Positions 37,936 through 49,996 of a stretch of DNA of 64,000 nucleotides are shown one piece after another. This DNA is from Zootoca vivipara (taxonomy: Eukaryota). The translations under genes and the position numbers were made by a program. How positions within the stretch are numbered: the first letter of the stretch is position 1; each line of letters starts with the position of its first letter. The stretch covers positions 4,774,001 through 4,838,000 of the forward strand of contig NC_083280.1 of assembly GCF_963506605.1 (NCBI RefSeq), in the 5' to 3' direction. Below the pieces are notes generated by a model. The model was not told the DNA's origin. It was given only the letters and a program-made list of their open reading frames with translations, and ran no database searches.

Positions 37936-40900
37936 ATTTGTCTCCCAAGCAAAGCAGGAAGCAAAAAATGGCAATCTGGAGGAATCTCTCTGCCTTCTGA
38001 GGCAGGCACACCAAATCAATCCCTGTGAAAAGCTGACAAGAAAAATGAAAAAAGTTGAGGAAGCATTAGCTTCATTAGCCCTGGATCAGGAAGATGATGT
38101 CTTTGTGGACGTTTGTCAGAGTGGACTAATGTTGTTTGGTGAAATACATGACAAGCTATTTGACCACCAGAGAGAAGGGGTTGCCTTCTTATACAGTTTA
38201 TACCGCGATGGAAGGAAAGGCGGTATCCTTGCAGATGACATGGGTTTGGGGAAAACCATTCAGGTCATTGCTTTCCTCTCAGGCATGTTTGATGAAGAAC
38301 TCATTCGGACTGTGCTGTTAATTATGCCACCTAGCCTTTTGAGCAACTGGCTTGAAGAGTTTGCCAAGTGGGCTCCTGGGCTGCGAGTGAGTGTCTTTCA
38401 TGGGCCCAAGAAGCATGAATGTGAGAAAAATCTAAAGAGGATCCAGAAGAGGAGTGGTGTCTTGCTCACGACTTATCAGCTGGTCCACAGCAATTGGCAG
38501 CAGTTATCAAGCTTTGATGGGAAGGAGTTCGTCTGGGACTATGTAATCCTTGATGAAGCTCATAAAATTAAAACACCATCTGCCAAAACGACAAAATCTG
38601 TGCATGCTATCTCTTCTGAAAACCGCATCCTGCTCACAGGGACCCCAGTCCAAAACAACCTAAAAGAACTCTGGGCTCTTTTTGACTTTGCTTGTCAGGG
38701 AACGCTTCTAGGCACGATGAAAACCTTCGGGGCAGAATATGAAAAGCCTATCACAAGAGCCAGGACAAAGAATGCAACCGAGGAAGAAAAAGCACTGGGA
38801 CTGAAGATGTCTGAAAACCTGATGTCCATCATCAAGCCGTATTTCCTAAGACGGAGTAAGGATGAACTACAGAACAAAGTTAAGCCTGAACTTAAAACCA
38901 GTCTCCCAGAATATCAGAGCAAGGCTGTTGCTTCTGAAATGCCGTCACTGCCCAGAAAGAATGATTTCATTGTGTGGGTATACTTATCACCCATACAAAA
39001 AGAAATATATAGGGACTTTCTGTCTTTGGATCATATCCAAAAGTTGTTAATGACCACAAGGTCCCCACTAGCTGAACTGACTGTCTTGAAGAAACTCTGT
39101 GATCACCCTAGGCTGTTGTCAGCACAAGCATGTAGCAAACTTGGTCTGGAAGCTCTCAATTATAATATGGTGGATGGTGATGGAAATGATGGGCTTTCCA
39201 GCATGAAGAGAAACCTTGGGCACATTTTGGATGAGACTCTGATGGCGGAATCAGGAAAGCTGTGCTTCCTCGTGGCCCTGCTGGAAAGATTGCAGGAGGA
39301 AGGGCACAGAACACTGGTGTTCTCTTATTCAAGAAAAATGCTGGATATTATAGAGCGCATCTTAACTCACAGGTGCTTTAAGATAATGCGCATTGATGGA
39401 ACAGTAAGCCATTTGGAGGAGCGAAAAAGGAGAATTAGTGTCTTTCAGAAGAGCAAAGAATACTCTGTGTTTCTGCTTACTACCCAAGTCGGTGGGGTTG
39501 GTCTAACCTTAACAGCAGCTACCAGGGTGGTGATTTTTGATCCTAGCTGGAATCCAGCTACAGATGCTCAAGCCGTAGACAGGGTTTACAGGATAGGGCA
39601 GAAGGACAATGTTGTAATCTACCGGCTAATTAGCTGTGGGACAGTGGAGGAAAAAATCTACAGAAGGCAAGTATTCAAAGACTCATTAATCCGGCAAAGC
39701 ATGGGAGATAGGAAAGACCCATACAGATATTTCACTATGCAAGAACTAAGGGAGTTGTTCACACTGGGAGATACTGAGAGCTCAGAAACTCAGCTCCAGC
39801 TTCAATCTTTGCATGCAAGCCAAAGAAAAACAGATAATCAGCTGGACCAGCACATTGCATATCTCCATTCACTAGAGATATTTGGCATATCAGACCATGA
39901 CTTAATGTACACACACGAAGCAGTTCGTGGAGATGAAGTTGAGGATGAAGAAGTCCACAGGGACATTGAACGCAGGGTACAGAAAGCTCAAGAGCTGGTA
40001 CAGCTGGAATCCCAACTAAACACAACTGAAGGGGCATCACTTAAAGAAATGGAATTGTCTACCCAGCCAAAGAAAAAGCCATCAAAGCCTTTTCCGAATT
40101 ATGCTCTTGTCCCACCTGTAACTGATGAACCTACAAACAGTGAGAACATCAGTCTTGTAGGCGACAGTGATGATGACATTGTCAGTGTGAGTTCTAAGAT
40201 GACAGAGCTATTTATTGAGGAGGATGAACAAGTGCTTCAGAACATAACTAATATGGATATCTCTGCATCCATGGACAGAAAATGCAGACCAGCAAGTCAA
40301 CAAGAAGTAACTCCTATATCTTCTTTTACTCAAGCTCATTCATTATCTTACAAGGAGAACTGTAGCCCTGCATGTCAGGTGGTTTCCCATGACCCACCTG
40401 CTGAGGGAAATGGCAAGTTTAACGATGCCCAAGTGGCCCCACTGCAGCAGTCATTTCACTATGTGCCTGATGATGGTGATGATCATCTACAAACTACTCA
40501 AAAGCATTATCAAAGTCCTGTATCCTCCTTTTCTCAAGGTCACTTGTCTTGCCAGGTAAACTGCAGTTCTGAACTTCAAACAGTCTGCCACGACCCACCT
40601 GTTGAGGCAAATGGCATGCTTATTGATGTCCAAGGGGTCCCATTGCAGCAGTCATCAGAGTATGTGTCTAACCCTGTCAATGAACAAGGCGAAACTGACA
40701 TGTCTCTCAATGTTCCTACAAGTCCACATGGAGAGGCAGGTGAAGTTGCTGAGCCAGGTGCCTCAGGAGCACCTCAACTGCAGACCAGTAAAATGTCAGA
40801 CCTCAGTTTTACGCAGAAATCTGGAATGAGTGTAATAATGACGAATGAGGTTCTATCTGATTCTCCCCAATGTGATTTCAGACTTGTCTTAGACGATTCC

Positions 40901-41473
40901 GAGGATCAGTTGCAAGATATCTCAGGAGTGGAAATGTCATTGAAGGATACAAAGAGCACCAGATTTCAACTGAATAGCCACTGCAGCTCTTGGGCTCACT
41001 CTCAGCTTCAGGAAAATTGGGACAACAGAAGTTTCCAAGCCAGCAAAAGTATAATGGGGTCTATGGTTATTGATGACTCTGATGATGTGTTGATGAACAA
41101 CAGTGAGCTTTCTTATCAGCATAAAAATATGCCCGTTAAAATAATCATTTCAGATAGTGAAGAGGATGACAGTTGTTTTACAATTGCTTGGGATGATACT
41201 GGTGGTAAGCACAGACAAGGATCTCCCACAAACAAACAACCTGATATTATGTCAACACCAAAATCTAAATTGTCCACAACTAGCCTTTGTTTCTCTCCTA
41301 GGATAATAGTTAGTGGAAGAAGATCAACCGCTTCTCGAAAATCCCTTACTAGTATCCTATTGGATCAGGTGGAGGACATTGCAGAGACCATTGAATCCAC
41401 CAGTTATATGCCTTGTGAAGATTCTTTTAAGCTTTACCTTGAAGCAGAAAAAACTCTGGACAATTGTGATTAG
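37936..41473 (+). CDS. ERCC6L: ERCC6L/PICH-like SNF2-family DNA translocase, giant exon 2 (whole protein 1196 aa)
   Basis: tttgcag acceptor at 37935; N-terminal TPR, Walker A ILADDMGLGKT, DEAH box, TGTPVQNNL, QAVDRVYRIGQ, PICH-family segment ISDHDLMY, STP motif; AATAAA at 41793-41798. Orthologue versus paralogue is unresolved. Confidence 0.93.
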
Positions 41474-43320
41474 GAGTTGGAGTGGCTGGAAAAGGAGCCG
41501 TCCAGTGAAATGATAGAGTCTGAGAGCAAAGTTAGAATTTTGCTAAAGCAATTTCTAGAGTTCTTATACTGTTACACTCACCCCTTTTATGGTACCCTTT
41601 TATTGATTCCTTCCAGAGCAGATTTGCATCCAATCACAGCAGTGGAAAGATGAACCTGCACCTTGAGAGAAATTGCTTCTGACATTGATCTGTAACATTT
41701 AAGGCCCAGCTTCTTTCACTTGGGGTGTGTGTATGCCCCCCCTCTCTTTATTTTTTATTTTTTTTTGTAAGAACTGGCTGTTAAGAATTTAAAATAAACC
41801 TGGTTTAACTTTGCAATCCTATTGTGTTAGCTGCTCTCTTTCTTTCTCTCTTTTACCACATTTTAGTTAATGCCATCTATTTCCTTGTTCCCACAGAAGG
41901 CAAGGAGTCCTTTCTTTCCAAGTAGATATAGGGATCCTGTGCTCCCCAAGACGTTGCTGGATCACAGCTCATAGTCCCTGGCATCACTTGGGCATACTGG
42001 TTGGGGCTGATGAGAGGGTTAAAAGTTCCTGCCTCTGCTTCAGAGGCTTAGTTCTCACCAAAATGTCCAAGCCTATATTTGGACTGTTCCTATGTCCACA
42101 GTTGGAGGATCACCAAACCAAATGCTCCTCATACTAAAAGTTCCCTGAAGAAAGTAAACTGGTGTGATAAAGGGGAAAGGTAAACTAGAGCTCGGCTGCA
42201 TTACATCTAGCAGATAAATAAGTGGGAAGGGCAGCAAACAGATTCTTGCATGGCTTTGGAGTTCAGGTAGAATAGAGCCTGATGTTTTTAATGAATGAAT
42301 GGGCCCACTAGCTAAGCTTGCTTCTTTTTTAGCTGTCCTGAAGCAGGAGGTAACCAAATGGTCACTAGTGATTGGTTCTGTTAGGAATCCCTTAAATCAC
42401 AGGTGTATAAAATTAAAATGAGATACTGTATTAATGAAATCAACATTCTCTTAATCTAAGCTTGGTACAGGCAAGATTGGTACTATTAAATGTTCCCCAT
42501 TAACTGTTGGACATTCTCAAAAAAGATTTCGGAGATTATTCTGATTCTTCTAACCAGGTTTACACAAAATAAATACAGTCTGGTGTCAAAGTTATTTTCT
42601 CCTAAGTACTATATATACTTTAAAAAGTTTTCGTTTAAAATTTGTTCTCCCCTACCCCATCCTAGGTTGCAATCTAGCAGTGCCATTGACATTAAGTGCC
42701 ATTGACATTAAGAAAGGGAAGGGAGACCAGAAATCGGATTGTGTGCTGTGTCTCTAAACATATAATGAAAATAATAATACTCAAGAAATAAGTATACTTG
42801 AGTGTCTCTTTACATTATCTTTTTGTTCATATAAAATCTCATTTTCCTATTCTTTCACAGCTCTTGTTTGATGCAAGATCTTTCCGTTATTATACACTTC
42901 TGTTAAAAGTCAGCTAAACCCTCAAAATGTTGTGAATATGTATTCATTTCCTGTTGAGAAAGACTGGTGGAATAGTTTGTGGCACCTAGGTGCTTGCAAT
43001 CTTACCTGGTGAAAAACGTTTTGCCGCAGAAAACCTATATAATATTGTGTTCCTGTCTATCTTGTCCAATATAAGCCCACTGGATGTGTCTGGGCTCCAG
43101 CTCTCATCATCCCTGACCTTGGCCTTGATGCCTAGAGTTTATGGGAATTGGAGTTTATAACAACATCTGGAGGACCAAAGGTTTCCTGCTTTAAATAGAG
43201 ATTCATCAGCATTTACGTACTTGTTGAGAATCTTTTAACATTTTATCCCATTTTTTCCTACCATAAGAGACCCCTATAGGTTGATGTCCCAAAGGACATG
43301 CATTTATTTGACATACTGTA

Positions 43321-43545
43321 CAGTGGTACCTCATGTTACAGACGCTTCAGGTTACAGACTCAGCTAACCCAGAAATAGTACCTCAGGTTAAGAACTTTGC
43401 TTCAGGATGAGGAGAGAAATCACATGATGGTGGCACGGCGGCGGCAGGAGGCCCTATTGGCTAAAGTGGTACCTCAGGTTAAGAACAGTTTCAGGTTAAG
43501 ACTGCCCTCCAGAACGAATTAAGTTCTTAACCCGAAGTACCACTG
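43321..43545. mobile_element. Tigger/pogo-like MITE
   Basis: TIR CAGTGGTAC, TA TSD. Confidence 0.8.
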
Positions 43546-44626
43546 TACAACAATAACAAGCCAATCCTGGCTAGAGTACTATTCTTTTGTCATGAATTTG
43601 TAAATATAGAACACTGACTAAGGTTATTGCTTTCCTCTAGAGTGACTCATGCCTAGCTGACATCACTCCTCAGAAGAGGTAAATGGGCTTTAACGTCACT
43701 GGAAGCAACACAGCTGCAGGCCTGTCAAGTTCTATTGATCTTCCATTCCGTCACAGTTGTCTCCTAGGGCTAAATTCTCCTCTGGCTTTGAAGCATCAGA
43801 GCATCTCTACTGATTTCACAGGATTTATTTTTATACTGAAATGTGATCCCAGTGTGTTCTAAGTGAAGTAGTTTTCAGATTCGGGATTCACCTTTAACCC
43901 TAAGCCTTTACCATGCAAACCTGCTTTTAAAATTATTAGTCATGTATGTGTTGGGATCATCAGTAGGCTCCTCTGCAGACCTTCCAGAAGTTGAGTTGAA
44001 AGTATTTTTCCATAAGCCACTGCCTGTTGCAGCTCATAACTCCGCTGGGAACCCAATAGCTTTGTTGATTAGGACAATGGTTCCCAAACCCACCCCCAAT
44101 GGTGACTTGAAAATTCCTGAGGGTTTTGAGGGACCTCTTAAATGATTTTCTAAACCAGTGTTTCCCAACCTTTTTCTGACCGTGGCCCCCTTCCGACCTG
44201 GTTTCCTTCCTGTGCTCCCCCAGATGTAGCCAAAGGGAGGGCAGCTGCCCCCCAATAAGTAAAAATAAATATAAATCTGAGGTTCTGCACCCCTAACAAA
44301 AGCCTGTCCCCCTAACAAAAATCTTGGCTACACCCATGCCCCCCCCATCCTACTGGTAGAAAGGTAGCTATTTAAATGTTTTGTTTGTAAACAGAACATG
44401 TTTATTTATAATGTTTATAATTTATACAAAACATTTACATAAAATGTTAGGGACATAATGAAATGCTAAAGCATCCATGACAGATGGCCATCCAACCTCC
44501 GCTTTAAAATCTCCAAGGAAGGAGAGTCCAGAACCTGAGCGAGATCCATCTTCCATGTATTATAAAAAGTAAACAACACTTATTTGATCCCAGTTATTTG
44601 ACAGAGAGGGGGAAACCTACAGATTT

Positions 44627-45069
44627 TGTAGTGTATAATTTTGAAGTGTCAGGCATAGCTCTAGTGGCTTTAGCCCAAACGTAGCAGAGTTTTCCTGCAC
44701 AGTGCAGAAGCTAGTTGAGGTGGAAATGACTAGTCGGCTAGACGCAGAATAACTATTTACAGGATTTATTAAAAGAAAATAAAACCAGCAGAGTTTCTGC
44801 ATACAAAGCAAAGCAAAATAAATCCTCTCTGTCTCTCTCTCCAACCATATACACAGCACTTCTACTCCTAACACCTAACAAAACCCAACTGTGCTAGCAT
44901 TCCTAGATAACAGAGTTCAGTGCTGGTCATTAACCAATCAGAGGGAGTAGTTTCCAGGTCAGGCAGACCTTGGCTTTCTGCCAAGAGTAAATTGACACTG
45001 CCTTGAGTTAATTGTGTGAAGCAAGAATCTGTAAGTTTCCCATGAGAACCAATTAACAGAAACTGAACA
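44627..45069 (-). mobile_element. Solo-LTR-like sequence
   Basis: TGT...ACA ends (left end 44627 or 44647), CCAAT box, AATAAA on minus strand near 44765; no clear TSD. Confidence 0.45.
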
Positions 45070-45864
45070 GTCGTTTAGTTGTGTCCGACTCTTCCGTGAT
45101 CCCATGGACCAGAGCACGCCAGGCACTCCTGTCTTGCACTGCCTCCCGCAGTTTGGTCAAACTCATGTTCGTAGCTTCGAGAACACTGTCCAACCATCTT
45201 GTCCTCTGTTGTCCCCTTCTCCTAGTGCCCTCAGTCTTTCCCAACATCAGGGTCTTTTCCAGGGAGTCTTCTCTTCTCATGAGGTGGCCAAAGTATTGGA
45301 GCCTCAGCTTCACGATCTGTCCTTCCAGGGAGCACTCAGGGCTGATTTCCTTAAGAATGGATAGGTTTGATCTTCTTGCAGTCCATGGGACTCTCAAGAG
45401 TCTCCTCCAGCACCACAATTCAAAAGCATCAATTCTTCGGCGATCAGCCTTCTTTATGGTCCAGCTCTCACTTCCATACATCACTACTGGGAAAACCATA
45501 GCTTTAACTATACGGACCTTTGTAGGCAAGGTGATGTCTCTGCTTTTTAAGATGCTGTCTAGGTTTGTCATTGCTTTTCTCCCAAGAAGCAGGCGGCTTT
45601 TAATTTCGTGACTGCTGTCACCATCTGCAGTGATCAAGGAGCCCAAGAAAGTAAAATCTCTCACTGCCTCCATTTCTTCCCCTTCTATTTGCCGGGAGGT
45701 GATGGGACCAGTGGCCATGATCTTGGTTTTTTTTTATGTTGAGCTTCAGACCATATTTTGCGCTCTCCTCTTTCACCCTCATTAAAAGGTTCTTTAATTC
45801 CTCCTCACTTTCTGCCATCAAGGTTGTGTCATCTGCATATCCGATATGCAGATGACACAACCTT
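45070..45864 (-). mobile_element. BovB (RTE clade) LINE, 5'-truncated
   Basis: YADDTTLMAESEEELK...FTFLGSLITADGDSSHEIK...DAFELWCWRRLLRVPWTARRSN, classic BovB RT C-terminus with one frameshift. Confidence 0.93.
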
Positions 45865-45934
45865 ATAAAAAGTAAACAACACTTATTTGATCCCAGTTAT
45901 TTGACGGAGAGGGGAAAACCTGCAGATACAGTCC

Positions 45935-46620
45935 AATATACAGCTGTTGCTGCTCCTGCGAGTGTTTGGGAAGACCGCTCCCCCTGCAAGCCAATTCCAT
46001 CAGGCCCAAGGGACGGGGCCTACACTCACACGTACTCTGAGCTGCTCTCTGCAGCAAGTGGCGAAAATGTTTTTAAATGTTTTAAAAGTGTTCTTAATCT
46101 GCTGCACCTCGAATTGTGTTTTTTTTAATATTATTTTATTATTTATTTTCTGTTTGGGATGGGACAAATGTTTAGTCGGGGCGGGGAGTAGTTCAATTTT
46201 AGCATAATTATTTCTTGCTTTGTTTTTACTTTCACTATTTTGTTAAGTTACTGTATAGTTTGTATTTTGCTTTTTAAGGGGAAAGGGTCAGGGGCTGCCT
46301 GGGAGTAGGCCTCAGCCATCAGAATGGCTGGGGTGTGTGTGTATTGGGACACCCGATCTCGTGATCATGAGCAGCAGGAGGAGTTACGCTAAGACCAGAA
46401 CATGTCATTACAAAGGAGGCAGGCTTAGTCGTCGTTTGAGGACTATCCCTGCCTCCAGGTCTGGTTCTGACCAGAAGGATCCTGGAATCAGCAAGGGAAA
46501 CCCACATGACCTGAAAGTGTTGCTGTGCAATGCCAGGTCACTGCCACCCACGACCTGATTGTGGGTGGAGGACTTGACCTGGCATGTGTGACAGAGATAT
46601 GGTTGGATGAAGCAGATGGG
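45935..46620 (+). mobile_element. LINE (L2-like) 5' fragment with APE endonuclease start
   Basis: LKVLLCNARS...HDLIVGGGLDLACVTEIWLDE, disrupted; APE motifs I and II. Confidence 0.6.
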
Positions 46621-48404
46621 CCTTAGAGAAGCAAGGATGTAACCTAGATATCCTGCCTGCTTCCTTACACCAAACTTTGTAGCCCAAAAATGGAGGTCAC
46701 CAGATGCACTCAATCTGCTCTAAGCCTTAGCAGGCAATAAGAAGTGCTTTGCCTTTTGCGATGCTCTCCCCCTATTTCATCTCCTGGCAAAAAGTGGGAT
46801 CCTACTTGCTCGAAGACTGAGAAAGGAAAGCGACTGGCTGGAAAACATTTAACTGGATATAGTAGTAGGTGAATATTCTCTGCTTGTTAATTTCCCTGCC
46901 CAGCAAACGGCCAATTATGAGGAACACTCCATCCACATGTATTGCACTGTCCTCAAATGGAGGGGGGTCCCCCATCTTACCAAATATATGTGTGACTTGG
47001 GCCCTTCCACACACGGCCTTCTAATTTTTTAAGTTGTTGTTTCAATGTGCGGGTGCTCGGCTCTCTTTTGATGAAGTTAGAACTGGCAGGCCTGGGTCCA
47101 GGTTAGTCCTGGGTTAAGTTAGTCTTGGCTCGAGGGGCAAAGTCCCACTGAAAGCGAAACAAACAAAAGGTTTGTAATCCAAAGAGCTCTGCCCTGGGTA
47201 GCTTGGCCCCAAGTCATAACTGAAGGAGCACACAGACCAGTTTTGCAGAAGCCATCCAACAGGCTTCTGACCCCCTCTGTGCAATGCAAATGCTAACCAG
47301 TAAGTCTTAGCACCCCCCTCTTAACAAAGTTAGCCACTGCATTTTAAAAATCCACCTATTAGGGCTGCAGGCAAAATCCTCCTCTCATCAGCAAACCGGA
47401 AAAGGAAACCTTGGAACCCATCGAGACCTCCTGTTAATCAATGAAGAAAAGATAAACATGTTTGATGTGTGCTCTGTCTGTTATGCTCACATTTCAAACT
47501 TTGACATTTGAAGGTTAGGGTCATAGGTTGTCAGTGACAGGAAGCCTAGCTGAGAGTAAACATCACGGAAATGTTCCTCGCCAGCAAATGAGTCCTCCAT
47601 GCTGGCTACCGAGATGATGCCATTCCAGATGTTTTGGACTACAACTCCCATCAGCCACAACTATCCAGTGGTCAAGGATGATGGTGACTGTAGTCCAAAA
47701 TCCATAGTGCAGCAGCACACCAGTTCGGGAAGGCAGCATTGAAATGTATGCCGGCATAACAGCATAAATGGCTTCTAAAAATGCATCTTATTCTACTGCC
47801 CAGGTGAGAAGGGGAAAATATATTAGCTTTTCTTGCTCTCCAATGTACATACAAGCATGATTCCTTCTCCAGGTCCTGGTCTTATCTCTCCTAATTCTGT
47901 TCTTCCTAAAAACTAAGCCCCCTTTATTCATTTGCATGCTAATATCCCGTTATTCTGATGCTTTGAAGTACTAATGGTTAATCCCTCCAGGCATCATCAA
48001 TATTTTTTTATTGACTAGGATTAAAGGCTGGTACACACTGAAGTAGGTCCACACACATATCTCAATCCACATGGATCTTGGATCTTGATTACATTCTGAA
48101 GGTCCGATACACATTCTTTACACACAAATCAAACACCTCAAACCCGTTGCATAAACATTGCATAAACATTGTTTTATATGCCAGTTATAAAGTCGTCCTC
48201 GTTTAGTCGTGTAGCCGTGTCTGACTCTTTGTGACCCCATGGACCAAAGCACGCTAGGCACTCCTGTCTTCAGTTATAACATACAAGTTCTAATTAAATC
48301 CTAATAGGCTGGTGGTTGGACCCCACCCAATCCTATGATTTACTAAGCCTAAACATTTAGCACCATACATTATCTTTTCTGCTCTTCTGGAAGGAGCTTC
48401 AGGC

Positions 48405-48753
48405 CTTGGAGGGGTGATATGATAGCCATGTTCAATTACTGTATATAAAAGGATGTCATATAGAGGAGGGAGAAAGATTGTTTTCTGCTGCTCCAGACAA
48501 GCGGACACGGAGCAATGGATTCAAGCTACAAGAAAGAAGATTCCACCTAAACATTAGGAAGAACTTGCTGACAGTAAGAGCTGTTCGGCAGTGGAATTTG
48601 CTGCCAAGGAGTGTGGTGGAGTCTCCTTCTTTGGAGGTCTTTAAGCAGAGGCTTGACAGGCATATGTCAAGAATGCGTTGATGGTGTTTCCTGCTTGGCA
48701 GGGGGTTGGACTGGATGGCCCTTGTGGTCTCTTCCAACTCTATGATTCTATGA
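48405..48753 (+). mobile_element. CR1 LINE 3' end
   Basis: [21 protein letters not shown]..., ATTCTATG tail. Confidence 0.88.
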
Positions 48754-49564
48754 AAACTAATGGAGTGGCAGAGATTTACAACAAAGGAGGCATGGAATAG
48801 ATGGACCAGAAGGTGCTACAACTCAGCTGGCTTGAACATGTGTTCCTGGCTTATGCATATGCTCTGCCACTCAGTTACTCCCTGTTTTGTTTTCAGAATA
48901 TCCGGGTCCCAGGTTCCCCTCAGAGCGGATTACAAAATCTGACTCCATAACCTCAACAGCTCATTCCTAGCAGACAAACCACACTTAACCAACCAAACAT
49001 GTTCCTGGCAATGGCGCAGCGGGGGGGGGGGAGAGAATGGGGCAGCTGCCCCCCCATCAAGTAAAACAATAGAAATATCTAACTAACTGACCAATCACAT
49101 TGGTTCTGCCCCCAATGAAGTCCTTGCCCCCCCCACAACAAAAATCCTGGCTACGCCTATGTCCCTGGTCCAGAATTTGAGGAAATAAAAGGCAAAGTGT
49201 AAAAGGAAGGAGTGGCCACTTTTGTCCCTGGGTGAGTTTACAAATTCAGTGGGATTTACTCTGAAGGAAATGTGGATCGGATTGCAGAACCTTAATCCCT
49301 CAGCCATGTTTCCCCTGTAGAGAAGAGCTCTGAGCCAAAATACTCAGTGGCGAGAGAGTCGGGGTGGATTTGAGGTACACGAAAGGCCATGTTTGTTTAC
49401 AAGGGGATCGTGCCAGATTTTAGTGTTTCTGGGTGCTATATTTTTTGTACTGCAATGAAGATTCTGGAGCCCCAAAACGGTGGTGCTAAATGAAAAAGAG
49501 GGGGAAGAGAGGAGCTAGAGTTTTTTAAGTTGGGGGGGAGGGTAACTGGGAACGGACAGACACA

Positions 49565-49996
49565 GAATCATAGAATGAGAGTTGGAAGAGACCACAAGGG
49601 CCATCCAGTCCAATCCCCTGCCAAGCAGGAAACACCATCAAAGCATTCTTGACATATGCCTGTCAAGCCTCTGCTTAAAGACCTCCAAAGAAGGAGACTC
49701 CACCACACTCCTTGGGAGCAAATTCCACTGCCGAACAGCTCTTACTGTCAGGAAGTTCTTCCTAATGTTTAGGTGGAATCTTCTTTCTTGTAGTTTGAAT
49801 CCATTGCTCCGTGTCCGCTTCTCTGGAGCAGCAGAAAACAACCTTTCTCCCTCCTCCATATGACATCCTTTCATATATTTGAACATGGCTATCATATCAC
49901 CCCTCAACCTTCTCTTCTCCAGGCTAAACATACCCAGCTCCCTAAGCCGTTCCTCATAAGGCATCATTTCCAGGCCTTTGACCATTTTGGTTGCCC
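49565..49996 (-). mobile_element. CR1 LINE 3' end
   Basis: [23 protein letters not shown]...FKQRLD. Confidence 0.9.

Noticed and set aside
37936-41473. ERCC6L as an intronless retrogene
   Set aside because: The giant exon is normal for this gene, and the conserved intron and exon 1 are present.
41471-41480. Programmed readthrough of the TAG
   Set aside because: Context TAG-GAG is not a known leaky motif, and readthrough would not restore the TPR.
46620-47020. Possible coding remnant after the L2 fragment
   Set aside because: Disrupted frames; could be a degraded LINE but cannot be assigned by eye.
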